DNA of 64,000 bases from an uncultured Bacilli bacterium. GTDB taxonomy: Bacteria; Bacillota_I; Bacilli_A; RF39; UBA660. Shown here one piece after another: positions 40,085 to 49,603 of the stretch. Within the stretch, counting starts at the first letter, position 1; every line of letters begins with the position of its first letter. A program made the position numbers and the translations under genes. The stretch covers positions 107,748-171,747 of the forward strand of contig CAKPFG010000002.1 of assembly GCA_934153675.1 (NCBI GenBank), read 5' to 3'. The notes under the pieces are model-generated. The model was not told the DNA's origin. It saw nothing but the letters and a program-made list of their open reading frames with translations, and ran no database searches.

Positions 40085-40416
40085 GAAGAAGGATAACAAA
40101 AATTAAAAAAGTAGAAAAGCTAAAAATATATTGTAAATGATACTTAATAATTTATAATAATTTGTTCACAAATTATTGTGAGTATAATTTTGTCGTTGAA
40201 AGTGATTTGCTATTTATACTATAGCGGGTAATACTTGCTAATATTTAAAAATTTTCAATAATTTTATAAGTTATTTGTAAATTTGAAAAAAATTAATATT
40301 TATATTTAGTATTGAAATATACTGAATATATATTTATCATTTGTAGATTTTTTCAATTTTCTTTACATATTTTTACATAAAAGTGAATAGAAATTAAATA
40401 AATTTTTGATAATATA

Positions 40417-40444
40417 TTGAACATAATATTTTAATTGATATAAT
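40417..40444 (+). promoter_or_regulatory. strong sigma-A type promoter (extended -10)
   Basis: TTGAAC (40417..40422), 16 nt spacer, TGATATAAT (40436..40444). Confidence 0.6.
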
Positions 40445-40451
40445 TATATTG

Positions 40452-40537
40452 TAATGTCATTATAGGGGAAAAGAAAAAATGAGCAGAAACTATAAAAGAG
40501 AAATGACATTAAAAATATCGTAATGATATTTTTTTCT
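40452..40537 (+). other. short transcription unit: 10-bp stem enclosing a 14-codon mini-ORF, ending in an intrinsic terminator (candidate leader/attenuator or sRNA upstream of ychF)
   Basis: TAATGTCATT (40452..40461) pairs perfectly with AATGACATTA (40502..40511). AGGGGA SD then ATG at 40479 gives MSRNYKREMTLKIS*, stop at 40521..40523. Terminator AAAATATC-GTAAT-GATATTTT plus T-run at 40512..40537, with the stop codon in its loop. Confidence 0.45.
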
Positions 40538-40587
40538 TGTAAAAAATTAGCAAATATAGTAGAATATTTGTAGCTAGGAGATGGAAT

Positions 40588-41685
40588 ATGAGTTTAACAG
40601 CTGGGATTATAGGATTACCCAATGTAGGTAAAAGTACCCTTTTTAATGCTATTACAAAAAAGCATATATTAGCTGCAAATTATCCTTTTGCAACTATTGA
40701 ACCGAATGTTGGTGTTGTAACGGTGCCAGATTATAGATTGGATTATTTGAATAATTTGTATAAACCAAAAAGTTTAGTTAGTACAACTTTTGAGTTTACA
40801 GATATAGCTGGTCTTGTTAAAGGTGCTTCCCTTGGTGAAGGTCTAGGAAATAAATTTTTATCACATATACGTGAAGTTGATGCAATATGTGAGGTAGTCA
40901 GATGTTTTGATGATGAAAATATAATTCATGTGGAAAATCAAATTAATCCTATTAATGATATTGAAATAATTGAACTTGAATTAATAATGGCTGATTTAGA
41001 TATAGTTTTAAATAGATTATCTAAAATAGAAAAAAAAGCAAAAATGTCAAAGGATAAAGAAATAATAAAAGAAGTTGAAGTTTTAAATAAGGTAAAGAAA
41101 ATTTTGGAGAAAAACTGTTCTATTAGAAATATTGAATTATCAAAAGAAGAAAAATTAATTTTAAAACCTTTTAATTTACTTACATTAAAACCTATTATTT
41201 ATATTGCTAATGTCAAGGAAGATGATTTAGAAAATGGTAATGAGTATGTAAATGATGTTATTAGATATTCCAAAAAGGACAATGCTAAGGTAATTTGTGT
41301 GTGTGCTAAAATAGAAGAAGAATTATGTGAATTAAATAATAAGGAAAAATTAGAGTTGCTTTCTAGTTTAGGTATAAAAGAAAGTGGATTAGATCAGTTG
41401 ATCAAGTCAACTTATGAACTATTAGGTTTAAAAACATTTTTTACAGCGGGTAAAGATGAAGTTAGAGCTTGGACTTTTCATGAAGGTATGACAGCTAAAC
41501 AATGTGCAGGAATTATTCATACTGATTTTGAAAAAGGTTTTATCAAAGCAGAAATTATGAGTTATTCAGATTTAGAAAAATATCAAGATGAAAAGCAAGT
41601 AAAAGAAAATGGTAAAGTTAGATTAGAAGGTAAAGAATACTTGATGCAAGATGGAGATATATGTTATTTTAGATTTAATGTATAA
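40588..41685 (+). CDS. ychF: redox-regulated/ribosome-binding ATPase YchF
   Basis: [37 protein letters not shown]-like C-terminus ...[10 protein letters not shown]. Confidence 0.95.
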   Translation: MSLTAGIIGLPNVGKSTLFNAITKKHILAANYPFATIEPNVGVVTVPDYRLDYLNNLYKPKSLVSTTFEFTDIAGLVKGASLGEGLGNKFLSHIREVDAICEVVRCFDDENIIHVENQINPINDIEIIELELIMADLDIVLNRLSKIEKKAKMSKDKEIIKEVEVLNKVKKILEKNCSIRNIELSKEEKLILKPFNLLTLKPIIYIANVKEDDLENGNEYVNDVIRYSKKDNAKVICVCAKIEEELCELNNKEKLELLSSLGIKESGLDQLIKSTYELLGLKTFFTAGKDEVRAWTFHEGMTAKQCAGIIHTDFEKGFIKAEIMSYSDLEKYQDEKQVKENGKVRLEGKEYLMQDGDICYFRFNV

Positions 41686-41695
41686 GTGGTGAGAT

Positions 41696-42646
41696 ATGAA
41701 AAAAAAAGTAGTTGTTTTAGGTGGAGGCACAGGGCTTTCTTATTTATTAAGCGGTTTAAAACAATATCCTTTGGATATAACTGCAATAGTATCGGTATGT
41801 GATGATGGTAGTAGTACAGGAATATTAAGAGAGGAATTTAATATACCTGCTGTTGGAGATATTAGAAAGGTATTAGTTTCTTTATCTGAAACAGAACCAT
41901 TGGTAGAAAAATTGTTTAATTATAGATTTAATACAACAAGTGATTTAAATGGTCATACTGTAGGTAATTTATTACTAACAGCTATTCAGGAAATAACGGG
42001 TAATTTATCTGATGGGATAGAAGCTTTGTCCAAGGTGTTGAATTTAAAAGGAAAAGTTGTACCATTAACGGAAGATAATGTTACTTTAATGGGGAAGATG
42101 GATGATGGCTCAATAGTAGAAGGAGAGCATAATATTACTCTTGATAGAAGAAAAATAAAAAGTGTGTTTTATAAAAGTGAACCTAAACCAACATCTTTAG
42201 CAATTACATCTATATTAGAGGCAGATTTAATTATTTTATCAATGGGGAGTCTATTTACAAGTATTATTCCAAATCTTATTTGTGATTCTATTATAGAAGC
42301 GCTGAAGAAAACAAAAGCTAAAATAATGTATACTTGTAACATAGTAACACAACCAGGTGAAACGGATAATTTTACAGTTACAGATCATGTAAAAATGTTA
42401 AATAAATATTTAAAATATAGAAAAATAGATGTGGTAATTGCTAATAATGGTTATATTAATGAGCATTTAGCAGATAAATATAAAAGTTTAGAACAAAAAG
42501 ATGCAGTGAGATATGATTATGAAAATTTTAAAAATTTTGATATGCAGGTTATAGGTGACGATTTAGTGACAGTTTCTAATAATTTAATTAGGCATAACGC
42601 ATTAAAACTTGGCTTTCATATTTTCTTTTATGCTATGAATAATTAG
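41696..42646 (+). CDS. yvcK: YvcK/CofD-family gluconeogenesis/morphology factor
   Basis: VVVLGGGTGLSYLLSGLK, DDGSSTG.LR, GPGSL-like MGSLFTSIIPNL. Precedes whiA. Confidence 0.9.
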   Translation: MKKKVVVLGGGTGLSYLLSGLKQYPLDITAIVSVCDDGSSTGILREEFNIPAVGDIRKVLVSLSETEPLVEKLFNYRFNTTSDLNGHTVGNLLLTAIQEITGNLSDGIEALSKVLNLKGKVVPLTEDNVTLMGKMDDGSIVEGEHNITLDRRKIKSVFYKSEPKPTSLAITSILEADLIILSMGSLFTSIIPNLICDSIIEALKKTKAKIMYTCNIVTQPGETDNFTVTDHVKMLNKYLKYRKIDVVIANNGYINEHLADKYKSLEQKDAVRYDYENFKNFDMQVIGDDLVTVSNNLIRHNALKLGFHIFFYAMNN

Positions 42647-42654
42647 GTGATATA

Positions 42655-43563
42655 ATGTCTTTTACAAGCAAAATAAAAACAGAATTAGTAAATACTGATG
42701 AAAAAAAGTTAGAAAAATTATCAATTTTATCAGGCTTTTTAAAAAATTCTAGTGAAGGTTCAGGTAATTTGAAAATTATTACTGAAAATGTATCTATTGC
42801 TAAATGGGCTTTTAACAATTTAAAAGATATATATGGAGCTTTAATTAAAGTATCAGTTAAGAATGGTTATAATTATAATAAAAACTATATATATAGCTTG
42901 AATTTATATTCAAAAAATGATGAGATAATAAAAGATTTATCATTAAATCACAATATTCCAAGTAATTATTTAATAGATGATGAAGATAGTAAAAGAGCAT
43001 ATTTAAAAGGTGTTTTTTTAGCGTCTGGTAGTGTTAATGACCCAAAAAAATCAAGATATCATATGGAATTTTCTTTTTTAAATAGTGAATATGCCACTTT
43101 TATTAATAATTTATTATTGTCTTATAATTTAAATAGTAAAATTCTAAAAAGAGATTTAAAATATGTAATATATATTAAAGAATCAGAAAAAATAGCTGAT
43201 TTTTTAAGAATTATTAAAGCTACTAGTGCACTTTTGTATTATGAGAATATAAGAATATATCGTAATGAAAAAAATAATTTAAATCGTATTAATAATTGCG
43301 AACAAGCTAATGTGGATAAAATGATTCAAACAGCAAAAAATCAAATAGATGATATAAATTTTTTAAAAGAAAAAGACGCATTCGATCTTTTGGATGATAA
43401 AGTTAAAGAAGCGTGTATTTATAGATTAAAATATAAAGAAGTATCATTATTAGAACTTAGTAGAATAATGAGCGCAGAAACACAAAATAGTATAACTAAA
43501 TCTGGATTACATCATAGATTTAGCAAAGTAAAAGATATAGTAAATAAAATGAAAAATAAGTAG
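42655..43563 (+). CDS. whiA: DNA-binding protein WhiA
   Basis: MSFTSKIKTEL..., LAGLIDADG-like middle domain (AYLKGVFLASGSVNDP), C-terminal HTH ...SLLELSRIM...ITKSGLHHRF.K. Confidence 0.9.
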   Translation: MSFTSKIKTELVNTDEKKLEKLSILSGFLKNSSEGSGNLKIITENVSIAKWAFNNLKDIYGALIKVSVKNGYNYNKNYIYSLNLYSKNDEIIKDLSLNHNIPSNYLIDDEDSKRAYLKGVFLASGSVNDPKKSRYHMEFSFLNSEYATFINNLLLSYNLNSKILKRDLKYVIYIKESEKIADFLRIIKATSALLYYENIRIYRNEKNNLNRINNCEQANVDKMIQTAKNQIDDINFLKEKDAFDLLDDKVKEACIYRLKYKEVSLLELSRIMSAETQNSITKSGLHHRFSKVKDIVNKMKNK

Positions 43564-43874
43564 TATTTGCAAGTCTTTCAAACAAGCTTGCATTTTTTTA
43601 GTAAAAATAATGCAAGTTAATGAATATGAAAGATAGAAAAATATTTCTATTAATAAAATTAATACTAATTTTGGTGATATCTGTATTAATATTTATCAAT
43701 TATAATAATTATTACTTTAGTCAATAAGAGTATTAATGTATGTGGTAAATATAGATTCAATAGAAAATAGTCCATATTATTTACAACTGATTTTATTTTA
43801 ACATTTATAAGTATTTTAAATGTGCACTTTAAATATTTTTAGATTTATTGTATAATGTTAATACAGGTGATTAT

Positions 43875-44822
43875 ATGGAGGATTTATTTAAAAAACTTGA
43901 TGATTTATTTTGCTTGTATGATACGTTTGTAATAATGGGACATAATAATCCAGATTTAGATTCATATGCGTCATCTCTTGCTTTATATATGAAATTGAAG
44001 GGCATGAATAAAAGTCCTTATATATTTTTAAATGAAAATAAAGATTATAATATACTTATGAAAAAGGCCTTGTGTAAAGTGTCGAATGTTAATTATATTA
44101 ATTCAAAAAATATAAATAATCTTTCGAATATATTACTTATTATTATTGATGTACATCAAAAAGATCGTTTAGAATATCCTGATATATTAAATTATGTTAC
44201 TGATTATGTATTACTTGATCATCATATAAAGGGTAGAAAATGTCTTAATAATGCCAAACTAATGTATATAAATACTAACTTATCTAGTATGGTAGAGCTT
44301 ATGACTTATTATTTAGATTATAGTGATATTAAAGTATCAGACGTTGTAGCAACTATTATGCTTGCAGGACTTGAAATTGATACCAATAATTATAACTTGA
44401 AAACAACATCGAGAACTTATAAGGCGGCATCAATGTTAGTTGAAATGGGTGCAGATATAACTTTCAAGCAAGAACTACTTAAGGAGAGTAAAGAATCTTT
44501 TGTAAAAAGAGCTGATTATATAAAAAATAGTTATACAATAAATGGAAATATAGCATTATGTGTACTTCCTGAAATTTCTAAGCCAGAAACATTAGCGGAA
44601 ATTGCTGATTTATTATTAACTTTTGATGATATAAAATCCTCATTTGCAATTGCTAAATTAAATGATAAAGAATTTGGTGTATCAGCAAGATCTTTAAATG
44701 GTGTTGATGTTCTTAAAGTTATTACTAAATTAGGTGGTGGTGGTTCTAATACTAATGCTGCATGTAGAACTTTAAAAAATTTATCTGAAATAAAAAATAT
44801 AATAATGAAAAATATGGGGTGA
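43875..44822 (+). CDS. stand-alone DHH/DHHA1 phosphoesterase (GdpP catalytic-domain-like / NrnA-like)
   Basis: Motifs HNNPDLDSYAS, IIIDVH, LLDHH, and DHHA1 LGGGGSNTNAA (the usual GGGH His is Gly here). Sits directly upstream of rplI, where gdpP (yybT) sits in B. subtilis, but lacks TM/PAS/GGDEF-like parts. Confidence 0.7.
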   Translation: MEDLFKKLDDLFCLYDTFVIMGHNNPDLDSYASSLALYMKLKGMNKSPYIFLNENKDYNILMKKALCKVSNVNYINSKNINNLSNILLIIIDVHQKDRLEYPDILNYVTDYVLLDHHIKGRKCLNNAKLMYINTNLSSMVELMTYYLDYSDIKVSDVVATIMLAGLEIDTNNYNLKTTSRTYKAASMLVEMGADITFKQELLKESKESFVKRADYIKNSYTINGNIALCVLPEISKPETLAEIADLLLTFDDIKSSFAIAKLNDKEFGVSARSLNGVDVLKVITKLGGGGSNTNAACRTLKNLSEIKNIIMKNMG

Positions 44823-44826
44823 TAAA

Positions 44827-45264
44827 ATGAAAATTATTTTATTGGAAGATGTTAAAAAACATGGTAAAAAAAATGATATTTTGAATGTAAAAGATGGTTA
44901 TGGTAATTTTTTAATTAAAGAAAAAAAGGCTGTGGTAGCTAGTGTGGAAAATGTAGCTAATTTAAAAAGAAATAATTTAAAAAAGGAAAAAGAAGAACAA
45001 TTAAAGGTTGCACAAAGTTTAAAATTAAAAGAAAAATTATCATTAGAATCTTTTATTTTTAAGGTAAATACTGGATCTGAAAATAAAGTGTTTGGTAGTG
45101 TAAGTGCCAAACAAATAGAAAAAGCATTAAAAGAAAAAGGGTATGATATAGATAAAAGAGATATTTTAATTTCTTCATCTTTATCTAGTTTAGGATTTCA
45201 TTATGTAGATATTCATTTGCATAAAAAAGTTACAGCAAAAATAAAAATTCAGTTAGTAAAGTAG
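44827..45264 (+). CDS. rplI: 50S ribosomal protein L9
   Basis: MKIILLEDVKKHGKKNDILNVKDGYGNFLI..., 145 aa. Confidence 0.95.
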   Translation: MKIILLEDVKKHGKKNDILNVKDGYGNFLIKEKKAVVASVENVANLKRNNLKKEKEEQLKVAQSLKLKEKLSLESFIFKVNTGSENKVFGSVSAKQIEKALKEKGYDIDKRDILISSSLSSLGFHYVDIHLHKKVTAKIKIQLVK

Positions 45265-45271
45265 GTGATTT

Positions 45272-46600
45272 ATGAAAGAGATGCCAAAAAATATTGATGC
45301 AGAACAATCTGTAATTGGAGCTATGTTTTTATCTAAAAAGGCATTACAAACAGCACTTGAAAATTTAAATGATGAAATGTTTTATTTAGATAGCCATAGA
45401 AAAATATTTTTTTGTATTAGTGAACTTGAAAAAATGGGAAAATCAGTTGATTTAACCACTGTTATTGAAGAATTAAATAATCATAATTTTTTAAAACAAA
45501 TAGGTGGTGTTGAATATTTAACAGAGGTTATTGAAAGCGTTCCTACTGCTTCTAATGTTAATGAATATATTAAAATAGTTGAGGATAAATATATTTTAAG
45601 AAAATTAATAGATGAGGCAACTAGTATTATAACTGAAAGTTATAATGCTAGTAGTAATATTAATGAGGTGATAGAAAAAGCAGAAAAAAAAATTTTTGAT
45701 GTTTCTAAAAATATTCGTTCTACTGAATTTAAAACTATTAAAGAAGTACTTACTAAAACACAAAGCGATTTAGAGAAATTGGCAAGTCAAAAAGGTGATA
45801 TTACCGGAATACCAACAGGGTATTATGAACTTGATAAAATAACTTCTGGATTTCATCCTCATGAATTAATAATAATTGCGGCTCGTCCAGGAATGGGAAA
45901 AACAGCTATTGCTTTAAATATGGTTACGAATATAGCTATAAATGCCAAAAAATCAGTTGCCCTTTTTAATATGGAAATGGGTGCAGAACAACTTGCTATG
46001 CGTATGATAGCATCAGTAGGACAAATAGATTCCTCAAAACTCAAAACTGGTACTCTTGCTCATAGTGATTGGAAACGTGTTAATGAAGCTATTAGTAGAC
46101 TTGCTTCTACTTCTATTTTTATAGATGATACAGCTGGTATTACTGTTAATGAAATAAGAGCTAAATGTAGAAGATTAAAGGCATCTTTAAGTGGGCTAGA
46201 TATTGTAGTTATAGATTATTTAACTTTAATTCAAGGAAGTAGTAAAAGTGGTTCAAATAGACAACAAGAAGTATCAGATATATCGCGTGCTTTAAAAACC
46301 ATGGCTATGGAACTTGATGTGCCTGTAATTGCTTTATCACAATTATCACGTGGGATAGAACAAAGAACTGATAAAAAACCTATGCTTAGCGATCTAAGAG
46401 AGTCTGGTGCAATCGAACAGGATGCTGATATTGTTGCTTTTTTACATTGCTCTGATGAGGAGAGAGAAAAAGAAAATAGTTTAATGGAATTTGTTATTAG
46501 GAAACATCGTAATGGTCCTTTAAAGGATATTCCGTTGATTTTTCAAAGAAATACAAGTACATTTGCTAATGTAGCAAATTTTGAAGAAGGTGAAGCATGA
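45272..46600 (+). CDS. dnaB: replicative DNA helicase
   Basis: AEQSVIGAMFL, Walker A ARPGMGKTAIAL, IDYLTLI, SQLSRGIEQR, SDLRESGAIEQDAD. Confidence 0.95.
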   Translation: MKEMPKNIDAEQSVIGAMFLSKKALQTALENLNDEMFYLDSHRKIFFCISELEKMGKSVDLTTVIEELNNHNFLKQIGGVEYLTEVIESVPTASNVNEYIKIVEDKYILRKLIDEATSIITESYNASSNINEVIEKAEKKIFDVSKNIRSTEFKTIKEVLTKTQSDLEKLASQKGDITGIPTGYYELDKITSGFHPHELIIIAARPGMGKTAIALNMVTNIAINAKKSVALFNMEMGAEQLAMRMIASVGQIDSSKLKTGTLAHSDWKRVNEAISRLASTSIFIDDTAGITVNEIRAKCRRLKASLSGLDIVVIDYLTLIQGSSKSGSNRQQEVSDISRALKTMAMELDVPVIALSQLSRGIEQRTDKKPMLSDLRESGAIEQDADIVAFLHCSDEEREKENSLMEFVIRKHRNGPLKDIPLIFQRNTSTFANVANFEEGEA

Positions 46601-48318
46601 AAAAGTTTGTGATATTTACGGGTATTTTAATATTATGTTCTTTTATTTTTTTACTAGGATTTAGTACGGAAAAATCAAAGGAACCTAATTCTTATTATCA
46701 AGTTTATCTAGATGGAAAAACTTTGGGAAATATAAAATCAAAAAAAGATCTTGAAAGATATATAGATTCACAAGCTAATACAATAAGAAATAATGTCAAA
46801 AACTATTCTATTAAATTGAATTTGATTAATGATACAAATGAAGTTATATCATCAATTGATGAGAGTAAAATAGGAGAAGATTATTCTAAATTTCAGCAGA
46901 TGGATATAGAAAGTAAGGTAAGTTATTTAATTAAGAATAAAGAAAAATGTAAAATAAGTGATGTTAAATACACTAGTATTAAAACATACCAAGAAGATAA
47001 ACTATGGAGTTTAAAAGCTGATGAAATATCTGATATGCAAAAATATTATGATGAAAATAAAATTTATTTAGAATCTAATAAAATTTATACTCCTAATGGC
47101 ATAGAAATGAAAAAAATCTTAACTTATAATGATGATATAGTATCTACTAAGCAGATGTATAAAAAAATTATTTCTTTAAAAAATTGTACTATTCCTGGAT
47201 ATAAATTTACTATAAAAAAAGATGATAAAGAGAAAAATATTTACGTGACTGATAAAACTATTTTTAATAAGTCAATTGATACGCTTGCTAAAATATTTAT
47301 CGGTGATGATAATTATTCAAAATATAAAGATAATAATCAGGCTGAAATAGATCAAACTGGTGAAATTATTAATAATGTTTATGTGCAAGAAGATATAACC
47401 TATAAGGCTGTTAATATTTCAACAGATGAACAAATATTTACAGATGAAAATGAATTGTCGCAATATTTATTATATGGTGATAATAAGAATGAAAATGTAG
47501 TAACAGTAAATAGTGGAGATTCCATTAGTAGTATATCTTATAATAATAAAATAAGCGTTGAGGAATTTTTAATTTCAAATCCAGAATATACTAGTGAAGA
47601 TAATTTACTTTATACTGGAAAACAAGTTAAAATTGCCAAGGTTGATCCACAGATTAATATAGTAGAGGAAAAATATAGTGTAAATGATGTTGAATCTAAT
47701 TATAAAACGGTTGAAATTTATGATAGTTCTATGAATCAAGGTGATGAAGTTGTTACTCAAAAAGGAGAAAACGGTATTGAAAGAGTAAGCCAAAATGTAA
47801 AAATTGTTAATGGGCAAATTACTTATGTAGAACCTGTAAGTAAACAAACTATTAAAAATGCAGTTGATAAAAAAATTACTGTAGGTACTAAAGTTACACC
47901 AAGTGTTGGTAGTACATCTTCTTGGGGTTGGCCAACTAATAGTGGATATACATTAAGCTCTAGATTTGGTTATCGTATTGCAGTGTTTGGTGAGGGAAAT
48001 TTTCATTCTGGTCTTGATATAGCCGGTACTGGTTATGGATCTCCTGTGTATGCATCCAATAATGGTGTTATTACTGAACTTTCATATGTACATTCTTATG
48101 GAAATCATATAGTTATTAATCATAATAATGGATATTATTCTTTATATGGTCATATGTCTGGTTATGCTAGTGGGCTTAAGATTGGTAGTGTAGTTGAACG
48201 TGGTCAATTAATTGGTTATGTTGGTTCAAGTGGTTGGGCAACAGGACCTCATTTACATTTTGAAATTAGAACTTGTCCTAAATATTCCTGTGTTGTAAAT
48301 CCTCAAAGATATTTATAA
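46597..48318 (+). CDS. membrane-anchored M23 (LytM) peptidase with LysM-like and G5-like domains
   Basis: N-terminal TM. LysM-like VVTVNSGDSISSISYNNKISVEEFLISNP...GKQVKIAK. G5-like ...VVTQKGENGIERVSQNVKIVNGQI. M23 motifs HSGLDIAG and GPHLHFEIR. Confidence 0.8.
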   Translation: MKKFVIFTGILILCSFIFLLGFSTEKSKEPNSYYQVYLDGKTLGNIKSKKDLERYIDSQANTIRNNVKNYSIKLNLINDTNEVISSIDESKIGEDYSKFQQMDIESKVSYLIKNKEKCKISDVKYTSIKTYQEDKLWSLKADEISDMQKYYDENKIYLESNKIYTPNGIEMKKILTYNDDIVSTKQMYKKIISLKNCTIPGYKFTIKKDDKEKNIYVTDKTIFNKSIDTLAKIFIGDDNYSKYKDNNQAEIDQTGEIINNVYVQEDITYKAVNISTDEQIFTDENELSQYLLYGDNKNENVVTVNSGDSISSISYNNKISVEEFLISNPEYTSEDNLLYTGKQVKIAKVDPQINIVEEKYSVNDVESNYKTVEIYDSSMNQGDEVVTQKGENGIERVSQNVKIVNGQITYVEPVSKQTIKNAVDKKITVGTKVTPSVGSTSSWGWPTNSGYTLSSRFGYRIAVFGEGNFHSGLDIAGTGYGSPVYASNNGVITELSYVHSYGNHIVINHNNGYYSLYGHMSGYASGLKIGSVVERGQLIGYVGSSGWATGPHLHFEIRTCPKYSCVVNPQRYL

Positions 48319-49077
48319 ATGCGTGTATGCGTATTATCAAGTGGTAGTAAGGGTAACTGTTCCTATATTGAAACTAATAGTCATAAAATATTAATTGATA
48401 TAGGTAACAGTTGTGCTTATGTAGAAAGATCACTTAGGAAAATTAATGTTGATCCAGATAGTATAGATATAATATTGATAACTCATGCCCATGTAGATCA
48501 TATAGCAGGTCTTAGGGTATTTGTAAAAAAACATAAGGTTAAAGTATTTATGACACAGGCTATATTGAAGGAAAGCAAGTTAAACATTGATTTTTTGAAA
48601 ATGGATAAATGTATTAAAATGGATAGTATGGTGATAAGTGCTATAAAAACATCACACGATGTAGATGATTCTTTAGGATATATTATAGAAGATGGACTTT
48701 TATCTGTTGTTTATATTACTGATACAGGATATATAAATGAAAGATATTACAAGCAGTTAAGAAACAAAAATGTTTATATTTTTGAAAGTAATCATGATCC
48801 TGAATTACTTATGAATAATGATAATTATCCTTACCATACTAAAATAAGAATCTTAGGAGATAAAGGCCATTTATCTAACGCAGACTCAGCTTACTATTTA
48901 TCAGAATTTATTGGTAGTAATACTAAAAAGGTGTATCTTGCCCATTTAAGTGAACAAAATAATACAGATTTATTGGCTTTATCTTCTTTGCAAAAAAAAT
49001 TAAAAAGTAAAGGAATTAATTTTGCAAATATTGAAATAGCACACCAAAATGAAATTAGTGAGGTATTTCAAATATGA
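48319..49077 (+). CDS. MBL-fold metallo-hydrolase (YycJ/WalJ-like)
   Basis: ITHAHVDH (HxHxDH) motif, ~250 aa, adjacent to rlmH as in B. subtilis yycJ-region synteny. Confidence 0.8.
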   Translation: MRVCVLSSGSKGNCSYIETNSHKILIDIGNSCAYVERSLRKINVDPDSIDIILITHAHVDHIAGLRVFVKKHKVKVFMTQAILKESKLNIDFLKMDKCIKMDSMVISAIKTSHDVDDSLGYIIEDGLLSVVYITDTGYINERYYKQLRNKNVYIFESNHDPELLMNNDNYPYHTKIRILGDKGHLSNADSAYYLSEFIGSNTKKVYLAHLSEQNNTDLLALSSLQKKLKSKGINFANIEIAHQNEISEVFQI

Positions 49078-49529
49078 TTAAAATTATATGTATTGGGAAA
49101 ATTAAAGAGGATTTTTATAAAAAAGCGATTGAAGAATATGTTAAAAGAATTGGTAAGTATACAAAATTAGAAATAGTTGAACTTAAGGATTATGATAAAA
49201 TTAATATAAATGATATCTTAAAAAAAGAAGGGGCATCTATTTTAAAAAATATTAAGGATCGTGATTATGTCATTACAATGGAAATAGAAGGTGTAAAATT
49301 AGATAGTATTGGTCTTTCTGAAAAAATAAATGGTATATATAATACTAATTTTAATATAGTATTTGTAATAGGTGGTTCATATGGTATTAGTGATTTAGTA
49401 AAGCAAAGAGCTAATTATCATTTATCTTTTTCTTCTCTAACATTTCCCCATCAGTTATTTCGTGTAATTCTCTTAGAACAGATTTATAGATCGTTTAAAA
49501 TAATAAATAATGAAACTTATCATAAATAA
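49074..49529 (+). CDS. rlmH: 23S rRNA (pseudouridine1915-N3)-methyltransferase
   Basis: SPOUT fold, MIKIICIGKIKE...Y.KRI, ...FVIGGSYGISD...LSFSSLTFPHQLFRVILLEQIYRSF. Confidence 0.9.
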   Translation: MIKIICIGKIKEDFYKKAIEEYVKRIGKYTKLEIVELKDYDKININDILKKEGASILKNIKDRDYVITMEIEGVKLDSIGLSEKINGIYNTNFNIVFVIGGSYGISDLVKQRANYHLSFSSLTFPHQLFRVILLEQIYRSFKIINNETYHK

Positions 49530-49603
49530 GATAAGTTTTTTTAAATATACCTTGCTATTCGTGGATTTTTATATTAAAATATACAATGAAAAGTGGTGGT
49601 TAT

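Noticed and set aside
40162-40188. Promoter-like TTGTTC...TATAAT with a TCACA-N6-TGTGA inverted repeat in the spacer after the pilin-like gene, considered as a CRP/FNR-type site or sRNA promoter.
   Set aside because: The -35/-10 spacing is only 15 nt. The half-sites are in the opposite order to the TGTGA-N6-TCACA consensus. No downstream terminator or ORF gives it context. Chance occurrence in AT-rich DNA is likely.
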